A model generated the notes under the pieces. That model made no database searches. It saw only the letters and a program-made list of their open reading frames with translations, and was not told the DNA's origin. Source: Octopus vulgaris (lineage: Eukaryota). From it: a stretch of DNA of 64,000 bases. Both the position numbers and the translations under genes were made by a program. Every line of letters begins with the position of its first letter. The stretch's first letter is position 1. The stretch is from the NCBI GenBank assembly GCA_951406725.2, contig OX597831.1:44392001-44456000 (forward strand). The letters are read 5' to 3'. Positions 40,787 to 53,204 of the stretch are shown piece by piece.

Positions 40787-40995
40787 GGCACTACTGAAAT
40801 ACAGAGGTCCCGATGCATCTAAGTAACGATATGAAGGGAAGGGTTAGTTTTAAGGGGTAAGGTTAGGGTTAGTATTAAGGTTGGTTAGTGTTAAGGTATC
40901 ATTATACGTCCACACAGCACACATTTAAAATGTTTTGTAAGTAACACCTGTATTGAAGTAGTACCATTAAGGGACCTCTGTATTTAAGTAGTACA
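40787..40995. mobile_element. MITE with 25-bp TIRs and 8-bp TSD (Merlin-like, tentative)
   Basis: GGCACTACTGAAATACAGAGGTCCC / GGGACCTCTGTATTTAAGTAGTACA; TSD AGTTTCAC (40779-86, 40996-41003). Confidence 0.75.
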
Positions 40996-42143
40996 AGTTT
41001 CACTTCAGCATTAAAATTTCATTTGTGTCAAAATATTTTCTTCGCTTTGAAACTGCGACCTGTTCACTGACAAAACTTCACAAAAGTAACACAGCACAAA
41101 GTTTTGTCAGTGAACAGCAAACACAGACACACATTCATTGCCTTTCATTTGTGTGTATATGTATCTATGTGTGTGCACAGGTGTGTCAATGTTGAAGTCA
41201 TTCGTGCAACTTGTTTGTGTATATATTGGCTTAGTGGTACAGAGTGTTTGTAAACTGTGAATAAGGTGCGAGTTCGAGTACTTGTCAGTAACCTTTTCTT
41301 TTCCCCTTGTCTTCTAATGGTAATTACCCAACTTTCTAGGCTCTTCTCACAGCTATCCCGCATTCAAAAATTATACCGGTATTTTTAAAATTTTCATTCA
41401 ATAAATAATAAATTACGTACACATTAGTAGAATAATAAATAATACATTATGTATACATTAATAGAATAAACTGTCGGTTTTCCAAAAAGTGAATGAAAAC
41501 TTAAAAGAGAAAGTCAGAGACTTTGCAAATGAGAACGTAATACTCTGCAGTGAATGCAATCAATATTTAAATTTGTGAATTGGACGCAGTGAATGCAATC
41601 AATATTTAAATTTGCAAGAAATTGGAGATTAAAAAATTCAAGAAACTTGAGAAATCGAACTTATAGGAAATTTCTTACGACATGAATTTATAAAAATATT
41701 TCTAGACGATCGACCCTTTAATAATTGCTTTCGTTTAGTACTTTTAGTAATTGTTACATGACTAACATATAAGCAGCTTTCTCCATTATAACATACATAC
41801 ATACATATATATACATATACACATACACAAATATATATATATATATATACATACACACACACACATATATATATATATACAGACACACACACACATATAT
41901 ATATATATACATACACACACACACATATATATATATATACACACACATATACATATATATATATATACGTAAAAAGCACTCATTACACTCTCGGTATGGT
42001 TGGCATTAGGAAGGGCATCCAGCTGTAGAAACTTTGCCAGATCGGAGTGGAGCTTGGTACAGCCTTCTGACTTGCCAGCTCTCAGTCAAACCGTCCAACC
42101 CATGCCAGCATGGAAAGTGGACCTTAAATGAGAATGATGATGA

Positions 42144-42187
<44 letters not shown>

Positions 42188-44044
42188 ATAGGATCTTTTT
42201 CCTTTGAACGGTAAGATTGAGAAATAAATATTTTTTTGTAACTAAACACTTTCAAACTTCAGACACTTGTAGAATGTGTCATATAAAACATCTTTTACTC
42301 TTAGTGTTGTTGAGAAAGGTTTATATTTTCAAAGTTATTTTGTGTTTAAGTTGTCGTATTTCGGTAATTTCAACCAATCAATGATGAGTATTCATCTGAA
42401 TAAAATTACTGCTGTTGTTTATCAACAACAACTTCCGGTGGTGTATATTTCGTTTGTCACAGTTATTTATGACATATTTCATCTCAGTTACATTTGTATG
42501 AATAAACGAGTGTATCTGAAGCATGTTTACTTCATGGCACCACCATAATCATTTGTGCATTTCGACTGCTTTTAGTTTTTTCTTCTGGCACTGTCCGCTC
42601 AGTATCACAGTATAATTACTATATCAGCACAGACATGACTATCAACAAAGTCTATACATACTCTGACCATCTCCTATCAACCAGCTACTGGTCTATTTAT
42701 AATGGCTGGCTACTACCACTTTTTACAGAGATTATATTTACAAGTAAATATAATCAGAGATCACATGTGCAACACAGAAAATTGAAAATGTAATTCAAAG
42801 ACAAAAACTTCCCTTAGAGGTGTTTAAAAAAAACAACAAAATCTAAAATCAAGGGAGATAACTCTAGTAAAATCAGTTCATTGATATTTCTATACAATAC
42901 AGACAATGCGGATCAGAATAAATCTGGTCTTCAAAGCCAACTGTAAACCACAATCAAGCACATTGTATACACTGTATACATATGAATATAAGCATGTGAG
43001 GAAGGGAATAGCCTAGTGGTTAAGGTGTTGGGCAAATGATCTAAGATCACATTTTCGATTCCTTGACCGGATGGTATGTTGTATCTTTCAGCAAAGATAC
43101 AATTACTCCAGTTTACACTGATCAAATGTGAACCAACCAAGTGCTGGGGTAGCCCTCTTTCCTTCCAGCTGTTTACACCCTAGAAATTCTGCTGGACCCA
43201 AGATGGGAAAAAAACAAGACAGTCTGCTCTAAACTACATATGCAATTAAAACAATTAGCAAAAACATAATACATGCCACCAAGTCAAACTTATAAGTGAC
43301 AATGGTAGTTAAGGTTTTAGCTAATGAATTTGTAGCATATTTATAACCCACACAGGTATTAGCCCCCTAGTATTTATTGTCTTGCCACCAATATGCAACT
43401 TCAATGCGAACAAGTTAGTACTAAAACATATATTAGTTTACATCACCAATTTTTGTCTCTTTGTCATGCACTAATCCCACACTACCTGGCACAAGGCCAC
43501 CTCAACCAATGTCCCAGTCTGCCTCACCCTCCCAAAGGATCTTTGTCTGGCAAGTTACTTAGTGACCCCACCAGTGCTGGTGCATCCAGTCCACACCATA
43601 AAGTGGTTGGTGTTTGGAAGGGTAATCAAGCTGTAAAAACTTTGCCAAAACAAGCCCCACTAGTGCTGGTGCCATGTAAAAAGTCATTATGTAAGCAGGG
43701 TTGGTGTTAGGAAAGGCATCCAGCTGTAAAAATCCTGCTAAAACAGTGAAGCTTGGTGCAGTCTTCTGCCTAGCCAGACCCTGTCATACCTTATGCTACT
43801 CATCATTTCTAGACAACAGTGCACACAAACACACACTTGTATTCACATACCCTACATATATATATATATATATATATATATGAAAAATCCACCAGAATGG
43901 ACGAAAGCTCTAATATATGATATAAGTTATACGATGTATAAAAACATGTAATATACAAATAAATATCTGTAAATATAAAACCATCCGAATTTCTGAGTAC
44001 CCCATTTCTTCTAATATAAAATACCTGTACATCATCTCCAAACC

Positions 44045-44098
<54 letters not shown>

Positions 44099-44639
44099 CT
44101 ATATATATATAGAGAGAGAGACTGACAGACAGATAGATAACAAACTTCATTCAGTTTCCATCTACCAAATCTACTTGCAAGCCAATGGTCAACCCAGAGC
44201 TACAGTAACAGACACTTGCCCAAGGCACCGTGCATGGGATTGAACTCATGACCAAAGGATTGAGAAGCAGGTTTCTTAACCATACAGCTATGTCTGTGCC
44301 TATTATTTATATTTATATATATAGATATACACACAGACACACACAGACACAAAGGGTAGCAATAAAGTTACTTAGAATTAAGTACAAAGCAATTAATCAA
44401 CAGTCCAGAAATTTATTATCAAAACGGTTCTGGTTAATAATAATAAAATACTTTAGTAAACAATAGTAAATTAATTACTAATGTATTGCTTGATTAATTC
44501 AAAACAACGTGAGTAAAGAAGCGATACATTTGACAAAGAAATCTGAATGTTAAAAAGTAACTGAAGGGGATGAAAACAAACAGAAATCATCAAAGATTAA
44601 AAGCAATTCTACAGAGAATTATGTTTAAAACTAACTTAC

Positions 44640-44726
44640 TCGCTTTGTCATCATCCAATTTTCAAAGAATGCTGGTTGGTTAAAATAATAGAAAAGACCA
44701 ACAGGAAAGCTCATGTAGACTGCCAT
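44640..44726 (-). CDS. PET100: PET100 coding exon 2: MAVYMSFPVGLFYYFNQPAFFENWMMTKR
   Basis: TTGTTATAG acceptor, 87 nt, GTAAGT donor; hydrophobic Y-x-x-FPV...NQ...FE motif of PET100. Confidence 0.93.
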
Positions 44727-44970
44727 CTATAACAAGGAAAGTTCAATGTCAACAACAGCAGTTTTACACCACAAATTGGTTTCAAATTTTGGCACAAGGC
44801 CAGCAATTTCGAGGGAGGAAGTAAGTTGATTAAATCAACTCCAATGCTTGACTGGTACTTGTTTTATTGACCCCCACCCCCAGAAGGATAAAAGGCAAAG
44901 TCAACCTCATCGGAATTTGTGCTCAGTACATAAAGGTAAATGAAATCCAGCTAAACATATTGCCTGCCAT

Positions 44971-46538
44971 ACTCTTTCACTCTTTTACTTGTTTCAGTCA
45001 TTTGACTGTGGCCATGCTGGAGCACCGCCTTTAGTCGACCAAATTGACCCCAGGACTTATTCATTGTAAGCCTAGTACTTATTCTATCGGTCTCTTTTGC
45101 CGAACCGCTAAGTTACGGAGATGTAAACACACCAGCATCGGTTGTCAAGCAATGTTGGGGGGCGACAAACACAGACACACACACATACATATATACATAT
45201 ATACGACAGGCTTCTTTCAGTTTCTGTCTACCAAATCCACTCACAACGTTTTGGTCAGCTCAAGGCTATAGTAAAAGACACTTTTACTAAGGTGCTACAC
45301 AGTAGGACTGAACCCGGAACCATGTGGTTTGTTAGCAAGCTACTTACCACACAGCCACTCCTACGCCTAAAATAACTTCACAGAGTACTTGGAAGACAGT
45401 CAAACTCGGAATTACAAATATCCTACAACTTTACGACTGTCGCCAAAGTTCCTCGCCATAGAGCAGCATTGTATTAGATCATACATTAGAAAGTTTAAAA
45501 GGTAACTGTCTTTGTTCACACGTCCAAACAGTAGAAGTGAGAAGAAGATCAAAGTTGTGAATGTGCTCATCTTGCTCCTTTCAACATAGCCAATTGTGAT
45601 AGAGAAAAAGGAAGGAGGAGATGACCTCTGGCATCTAACTAGTATTTTATCACCCCTGACGGAACGGAAGGCAAGGTCAACCTCAGTGAGATTCAAATCC
45701 AAAGCACACAGAACCAAAACAAACAATACAGAGTAGTCTATCTAATGCTTTAACTTGGCTAATTTGCTGTCATATTTGTTACTCTTTTACCCTTTTACTT
45801 GTTTCAGTCATTTGACTGCGGCCATGCTGGAGCACCGCCTTTAATCGAGCAACTCGACACCAGGACTTATTCTTTTGTAAACCCAGTACTTATTCTATCG
45901 GTCTCTTTTGCCGAACCGCTAAGTAACGGGGACATAAACACACCAGCATCGGTTGTCAAGCAATGCTAGGGGGACAAACACACTCATACATATATACATA
46001 TATACAACGGACTTCTTTCAGTTTCCGTCTACCAAATTCTCTCACAAGGCTTTGGTCGGCCCGAGGCTATAGTAGAAGACACTTACCCAAGGTGCCACGC
46101 AGTGGGGCTGAACCCGGAACCATGTGGTTGGTAAACAAGCTACTTACCACACAGCCACTCCTGCGCCTATATTTTACCATATTTTAAATTGAAAACACTG
46201 TTTATATACGTATGTAAGCACATGTGAATATATGTGTGTGGGGTGGGGGGGGTGAGTGTGGCCATATCATGTTGAAAGTACCGGTTCTCGTCCGATCACT
46301 GAAGTTAAGCAATGTCGAGCCTAGTTATGGGTGGCCACTTGGGAAACCTAGGTGCTGTAAGCGTCACACATTATAGGCGCAGGAGTGGCTGTGTGGTAAG
46401 TAGCTTGCTTACCAACCACATAGTTCTGGGTTCAGTCCCAATGCGTGGCACCTTGGGCAAGTATCTTCTACTATAGCCTTGGGCCAACCAAAACCTTGTG
46501 AGAGGATTTGGTAAACGGAAACTGAAAGAAGCCCGTCG

Positions 46539-46577
<39 letters not shown>

Positions 46578-46778
46578 TGTGTATCTGTGTTTGTCCTCCC
46601 AACATCGTTTGACAACTGATGCTGGTGTGTTTAGGTCCCCATAACTTAGCGGTTAAGCTAAAGAGACCGATAGAATAAGTACTAGGCTTACAAAGAAAAA
46701 GTCCTGGGGTCGATTTGCTCAACTAAAGGCGGTGCTCCAGCATGGCCACAGTCAAATGACAAACAAATAAAAGAGTAA
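44971..46778. mobile_element. Cluster of three family A SINEs in PET100 intron 1: 44971-45367(-), 45781-46170(-), 46373-46778(+)
   Basis: Homology to 5971-6365. Confidence 0.85.
46260..46362 (+). pseudogene. 5S rRNA pseudogene
   Basis: GGCCATATCATGTTGAAAGTACCGGTTCTCGTCCGATCACTGAAGTTAAGCAA...GGTGCTGTAAGC follows metazoan 5S; lacks the first ~6 nt, ~9 nt (GTACTTGGA) at the box C border and the oligo-T terminator. Confidence 0.85.
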
Positions 46779-46844
46779 ATGAGAGTATATATATATATAT
46801 ATATATCTTTGTGTCTGTGTTTGTCTGCCCACTATCACTTGACA

Positions 46845-47615
46845 GACTTTCTTTCGCAGTCTCCCAAACGCGCTGCTTGCCTTGGAGATTCTGTTGATGA
46901 TTTCAGCATCTATGTTGGCATTGCAGAGCAGAGAGGAATCAGCCTCAACACCAAGCTGAAAGTCTACCGGGCAGTCGTGCTTACCACCCTACTATACGGC
47001 TGCGAGACGTGGACTGCTTACCGAAGGCACGAGCGCCAGATAAACCACTTCCACCTCAGGTGTCTTCGGAACCTCCTTCACATCCGCTGGCAGGACAAAG
47101 TCCCAGACACGGAAGTTCTGAAGCAAGTAGATCTCCCTAGCACCATCACGATCATGCGCAAGGCCCAGCTGAGATGGGTGGGTCACGTCTCCCGCATGTC
47201 CAACACTCGCATCCCAAAACAGCTCTTCTACGGTGAACTCAGCCAGGGCAAACGCAAAGTCGGAGGGCAGAAGAAGCGCTTCAAGGACAGTCTCAAGGTC
47301 TCTCTCAAAGACTTCTCCATCGGCACAGAGACTTGGGAGACACTTGCTGCCGACCGCTCATCCCGGCGCAGTGCAATCACCACAGGAGCAGGGACAGCCG
47401 AGGAGGGACGGATTCGGTCAGCAGAGCAGAAACGCCAGATGCGGAAAGCCAGAGCCGCCTGCACCAGTAGCACGGCCCCTACCCACTTCTGCTCCACCTG
47501 TGGGAGGGGCTTCCTTGCCCGGATTGGCCTCACCAGCCACCTCCGGTCTCATAGTGGCAGTTCCACCAGATGATGTCAGTGGTCATCTTCGAACCCGAAG
47601 GACGAACATTATTAT
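46845..47615 (+). mobile_element. 5'-truncated, 5'-inverted RTE-clade LINE
   Basis: TKLKVYRAVVLTTLLYGCETW, QLRWVGHV.RM, PKQLFYGEL, C-terminal C2H2 finger, (ATT)n tail; 12-bp TSD TATCACTTGACA (46833-44, 47616-27). Confidence 0.92.
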
Positions 47616-48124
47616 TATCACTTGACAACCAGTGTTGGTGTGGTCGTGTCCCCATAACTTAGTAGTTCAACAAAAGAGTCCGATAGAATAAGTACCAGGG
47701 TCAATTCATTCGACCAAATCTTCAACACAATCTAATGAGTGAAACAAGTAAAAGAATTTAATAATATACGAAGTTGAGGTGTGTGAATCATGAAATGTTT
47801 TCACCACATTCCCTCCAAAAATCTCTCTTTTTTTTTTTTTTTACAATAAATTCCGATATCGTGATAATCTACACTATCAGAAACATTTCATTAAAATGTA
47901 TGCTTTTTTTTCAGAAAGTTATGAAGGAACAAAGTTATGTGGGGCACACATCTGTAGTTATGCTAGGTTATTTCTTAGGCTGCAGAAAACATTAACCAAA
48001 CAGTGATACTGAGTTATGTAAATATATGAGGTCATTAAGAATGAAATGTCCGATTTTCTTATGCACCAAGTTTGGCAGTCGTTAATTCTAATGTTTTATC
48101 CTGACAATTCTTTGTTTACAAAAC

Positions 48125-48335
48125 GGCCAACTGGCAGAAATGTTAGCATGCTGGGCAAGAATGCTTAGTAGTATTTCGTCTGTCTTTACGTTCTGAGTTC
48201 AAATTCCGCCGAGGTCGACTTTGCCTTTCATCCTTTCGGGAACCAATAAATTAAGTACCAATTGCGTACTGGAGGTCGATCTAATCAACTGGCCTTCTCC
48301 CCCAAAATTTCGGGCTTTTTGCCTAGATTAGAAAA
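48125..48335 (+). mobile_element. Another SINE family (GTCGACTTTGCCTTTCATCCTTTCGGG central domain); related copies ~4435-4532, 4900-5045, 24575-24790, 44775-44960(-), 51630-51840(-), 56140-56345(-)
   Basis: tRNA-like head (CTGGCAGAA...TTAGCA...GAGTTCAAATTCC) and a recurrent conserved domain. Confidence 0.65.
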
Positions 48336-49423
48336 GAATTCTTTGCTTTACATTGAACAGTTACATCATCACTTTTCGAAATCCAATTCATTGCTTCTGA
48401 TTATATAGTGAGTTTTCTCTTGTAACTCAATTTTTGCGAACCCATGGATAGATAAAAAAAAAATTGTGTTGTTTATGAATATGAGTCCCGTCGTGGAACC
48501 AATGCATCGCAGACAGTTCGAAACATCAACAAGGTGTTTGGTGAAGATGTGGCGAATGAACGCCCTGTATGTCAATGGTTTGGGAAGTTCCAATCTGGTA
48601 GCTTCACTCTTGAAAATCAGCCCCGTGGTAGACCTGAGATCAAGGTGGATAATGATGAGCTGGAAACTGTAGTGGAAGTGGATACATCTCAAACTACGCG
48701 TGAGTTAAGCAATAAGGTTTGATGTTTCGGTTCCTTCCTATTGGGCCTTCTGAAACAAATCGACTGGAAACTGGACAAGTGGGTACCACGAGGTCAGCCC
48801 TGATAGAATAAAATAAGTACAGCCACTTTTTTCACATTCTACTACGCATTTGCTCCTGGAAAACTTGTTTTTCAACGTGGTTCATAAGACAGGTGAGGAG
48901 AGTCCCAGTTTTACAAAAAGAAACAAACCAGTTACCGTCATTTTAAGAAATGAAGGTCAACCAAATGAAAACATTTCGAGAACTTACTGGTAACTCGCAA
49001 TTTCTTCGAGTATCAATAACGAAATCATGAAAAGAGTTAATTTAATCATAAAGGACAGGTGTAATGAGAACTATAGAGAATGAGTCTAGGGATTAATTTA
49101 TACAGGTTGTGTTCATATGAGGGTTCTCGGAGAGGGTTCTGGCCACGTTTTACGGCCTCTACAAAACCTTAAAAAGATTACAGCAAAGGTTCGTAAATTA
49201 GACATGATACAACCCAGCTATATATTTGTCGGAGTTCAAATAACAGGAAAAAACAACAAAATATTCAGAGACAACAGCAATCGGGTTGGAATCTGCGCGA
49301 CTGAAATACAGAAATAATATTATAAGACTTACAGACAAAATGACTTTCATAATGGAAAGAGTTTTAAAAAATATTTCGTAGATTTGTTAAATTCATTGCT
49401 TTAGAGTACATGGTAGGAATTAC

Positions 49424-49453
49424 CTTAAATATTTCTAATTTCCAGCCACCCAT
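49424..49453 (-). CDS. PET100: PET100 (cytochrome c oxidase assembly factor) coding exon 1: MGGWKLEIFK
   Basis: Reverse strand ATGGGTGGCTGGAAATTAGAAATATTTAAG|GTAATT; matches the PET100 N-terminus (human MGVKLEIFR). Confidence 0.9.
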
Positions 49454-49644
49454 TCTGTAAGTGTGGGAATAAATTCAGAGAAAGTTTCCTATTTACGAAG
49501 GCATCAGACATTGGATTTGGTAAACCAACCGTTCGACTGCTGTAGTGAGGTTTAAGTGGCGAGGACCTCTGCCCGAATCACCACATCTAAAAAAGATCAA
49601 ATACTTGATGATAAATTCTCCTCAAACATGTAATAAGAAAATCT

Positions 49645-50289
49645 GCAAGAGAAAGAAAAAAATTAATGTTAATAAAAAAATATTTATATGTAATGAGTTA
49701 GTTTTTTAAAATCTCTTTCAATTTCGCTCGGCATATATATAAAAAAATTTAATTTTTTAAAAGTATAAAACATTAAAAGAATTGCAATAAATTTGTATTT
49801 TATTTTAGTATATTGAATAAAATGTATTTTTCAGTTATGCATATTAATCAAACAATAATAGAATTATTAAATTAATTGATCAATACACACGACTCTGGAA
49901 CTAAACAAGGAAGCATTATTTTTCACAATAATTATTTTTAAATAATTTCGTTATTTAATACTTTTACTAATTGCTATTTAATCAACCGAAAAGGTAAAAA
50001 ATAAAAAATTACATACAGATAATATGAGATTTATTTTTTTAAATATTTACAGTTTACAAACCTTTAAATTAGGCTTAATTGTAATAAAAAGTAATTATTT
50101 TAAAATAATTTCACTAATTAGTAGTTTTACTGTTTGTTTTTGTTTTTTTTTTGTTCACATTTGCACAAATAATAAGCAAACTTTTCTCTTTAGTATAATT
50201 TGTAGCCAGATGTCTATTAGACATTCGGTTGAGTGTCTATTCATTATTATACTGCAGACAAATATTAGCTTTCAAAAGAAAACAAAACT
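49645..50289. promoter_or_regulatory. Putative bidirectional promoter / 5' UTR region shared by PET100 and ISCA1
   Basis: Short, apparently transposon-free AT-rich interval between two divergently oriented genes; TSSs not visible. Confidence 0.55.
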
Positions 50290-50376
50290 ATGGCCTCGAA
50301 GGCTGTGGTTACGTCTGTCCGTGCCGTGGCTGCGGCCACGAAGAGAGCACCGTTATATCGTGCACCTCTCACATTG
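50290..50376 (+). CDS. ISCA1: ISCA1 (iron-sulfur cluster assembly 1, mitochondrial) coding exon 1: MASKAVVTSVRAVAAATKRAPLYRAPLTL
   Basis: ATG at 50290, 87 nt, donor GTAAGT at 50377; basic, acid-free N-terminus like a mitochondrial presequence; ends in LTL, which joins T-P in exon 2 as in ISCA1 proteins. Confidence 0.88.
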
Positions 50377-53204
50377 GTAAGTGACATTTATTAATCTACT
50401 ATAACATTCCAATTGATTATATTGTCTGCTATTTGTGTGCCGGCATGATTCTGTTAGCATTATGTGTCAGAAACAAGGTTACTCTCAAGATAATGGAAAA
50501 TCGTATTTCTCTTGTATTTTTTATCATTTCATGGTCACTGTTAATACATATTCCATCGATATGTATTTATATATATCCACATACCAAGGGTTAAACCCTT
50601 TAGATCTTTATGCCTTATGCATATTAAATAAATATCCCTAGGTAAACGGTGGCGTATTTCATAAGCTTAACACTTCTCTCCTCTACAGTTACGTAATATA
50701 AATGTTTTGCTCTTTTTTTAATTCTATGTTAACGATTCAGGACAATGTTAGTCTTATAAATTGTATAATAGAAAGAAATTTAATTGTTATTGCCTTTTCA
50801 CGGACAGCAAATTTATCGCCCCTTTCACTCCTTTGATTGTGATCCCTATAGATTTTTCTGAGGAATAAAAATATTTTTTTTAAAAAAAGCAAAAAAACTA
50901 AGATCTTGGGTAAAATTAAGATCTGGTATTAAAGGTAAAGTTTAGAAAGCTTTATTTAAATAAATTCCATTTAATTTGAAATTATTCACATCAAAGATAA
51001 AGACTTCCACCTGCGTCTGTGGATATATTTATATCTTTGAACGTTTAGCAAATCTTAATATTTGATTTTCTTCTTTTTTTCTCTCTCTCTCTCTCGGATT
51101 TATTGACGTCAACCTGCTTTGATGTATAAATGTAATTTCTTATTTTCTTCTAATTGATTAACAACACCTCACTATCAGAAACACCAGTTAATGAATAAGA
51201 CGAAGAAGTGTATTGCCGTTGTTATTCTAGTTCTTCAAGGTTTTACTTTTCGGTGGTACAAGATATAAAGACATCTGTTAATGATGTTATAATAAATTAT
51301 ATAATTCGAGGTTACAACTCAGAAGGACATGAAGTGGACTGATTTGTTCCATATTCAGATGATCTCTTCTAATTTATTCTATTAATCATTCATGCATATT
51401 ATAAACCATTTTATAACTGTATCAGGTAGTTATCTATCTATACTAATACGCAATTGTAAAATGTAAAAATGCTTTACTTTCGATACTGAATTCAATTTGT
51501 ATTTTTTTTCTTGGTATTTCAACTTTCTAACACTAATGAAATAGAAAAGTCAATCGTAGTGGAATTTTAGCTTGGGGAATACTACTTTTGTTACCACTAC
51601 TGCAACTTAATAATAATAATAATAATAATCTCTACAATAGGCACAAGGCCTAAAATTGGGGGTGAGGATGATAGTCGATTACATCGAACCCAGTACTCAA
51701 CTGGTACTTATTTCATCGACCCCGAAAGGATGGAAAGCAAAGTTGACCTGTGCGGAATTTGAACTCGGATCGTAAAGACGGATGAAATGCCACTAAGCAG
51801 TTTGCCCGGCGTGCTAAAGATTCTGCCAGCTCGCCTCCTTATATAATTGTAATAATGATGATAATAATCTTTCAAATTTTGGCACAAGTCCAGCAGTTTT
51901 TTTGGATTTTTTTTTTTTTTCTTAGAAGAACAGAGTAAGTCGGTTACATCACCATCAAGGCTCAACTGAAAGTTACTTCGTCGATCACGAAAGGATTAAA
52001 AATGGTTTCTGATTTAGGCACAAAGCCTGCAATTTTGAGGGGCAGGTGTTAGTCGATTAAATCAATCTCAAATACTACAGTGGTACACTATTTTATCGAC
52101 CCCCAAAAGGACCAAAGTTAAATTCGGCGGAATTTGAACTCAGAATTTAAGGAAGCTCATTAAATACAAGACTTTTTGTCTGATTTTCTAATGACTTCTG
52201 CCAAGCTCAAAGCCTCAGATTTGTAAGAAGAGAACAGTCGAGTATACCTGTCCTAATACTTTATTCGGCAAAGATAAAGAATACGCACACCTACTGTTAA
52301 GAGTTAGGATTACGCCAAAAATGGGTGGTGTGCATATTCTTTACCTCTGCCGCTTTATTCTTCATCATCATTTAGCATCAATATTCCATGCAGACATGGG
52401 TTGGTTGGTTGGTTGGACAGGATCTGACTGGTCAGATGCATCAAACTCCAACGTCTGTTTCAAAATGGTTTCTATGGCCGGTTGCACTTTCTAATGTCAA
52501 ACACTTTACAGAGTGTACTAGGTGTTTTTTCATGTCACCAGCACTAGTGAGGTCACCATGTGTAGCTCACCAGACAAGACCCCCTTGATTAAGGGATGTG
52601 GCTTATGCCATGTTTTGAGAGGCAAGAGTAAAACTGAGGAAAAGGAACCGGTCTCTTATTGTAAAGGAGTTACATAGCTACCCCAGCTAGAAAAGGAGAG
52701 AAGATGGTGGCAGTGAGGTGTTGGGATATATCCTCAGTGTACAAGAAGGAGGGGTAGGGAGAGAGGAGAAGGTGTGTTTGCAAAAGTGTAAGGCAAGCAA
52801 CAGATGGTTTGAAATAGGGATATAGGTGATGCATTGAATGGTAAACAAGAAAGGGGATATAGTCAGTTGTGAATATCAGCGTGGGGGAAAGGTAAAGGAA
52901 GTAGGAGTGGGCCAGGGAGGAAGAGATGAAGAAAGAATTGATCCACTTTAGAAGAAGGAAAAGCAAAAAAGAAATCAACTGCGGTAGGATTTGAACTCAG
53001 ACTGTAGTGATATTTTTAGAATGACATTGTAAAGTTGGTGTAAGAGGTCAGATCTGCTTAGTTTGGACATGCATAGAATATTTCGGCCAGACATAGCCAG
53101 TGCAAATGTTAAAGAGTTAATATATAGATATTCATAATATTACTTCATTATGTTAAGGATATCGATTATGTCTTGAAAAACATAACACTCAAATTTGTTT
53201 CATT

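Noticed and set aside
50024-50380. 118-aa ORF over ISCA1 exon 1
   Set aside because: Different frame from the ISCA1 ATG at 50290; AT-rich chance ORF with no recognisable motif
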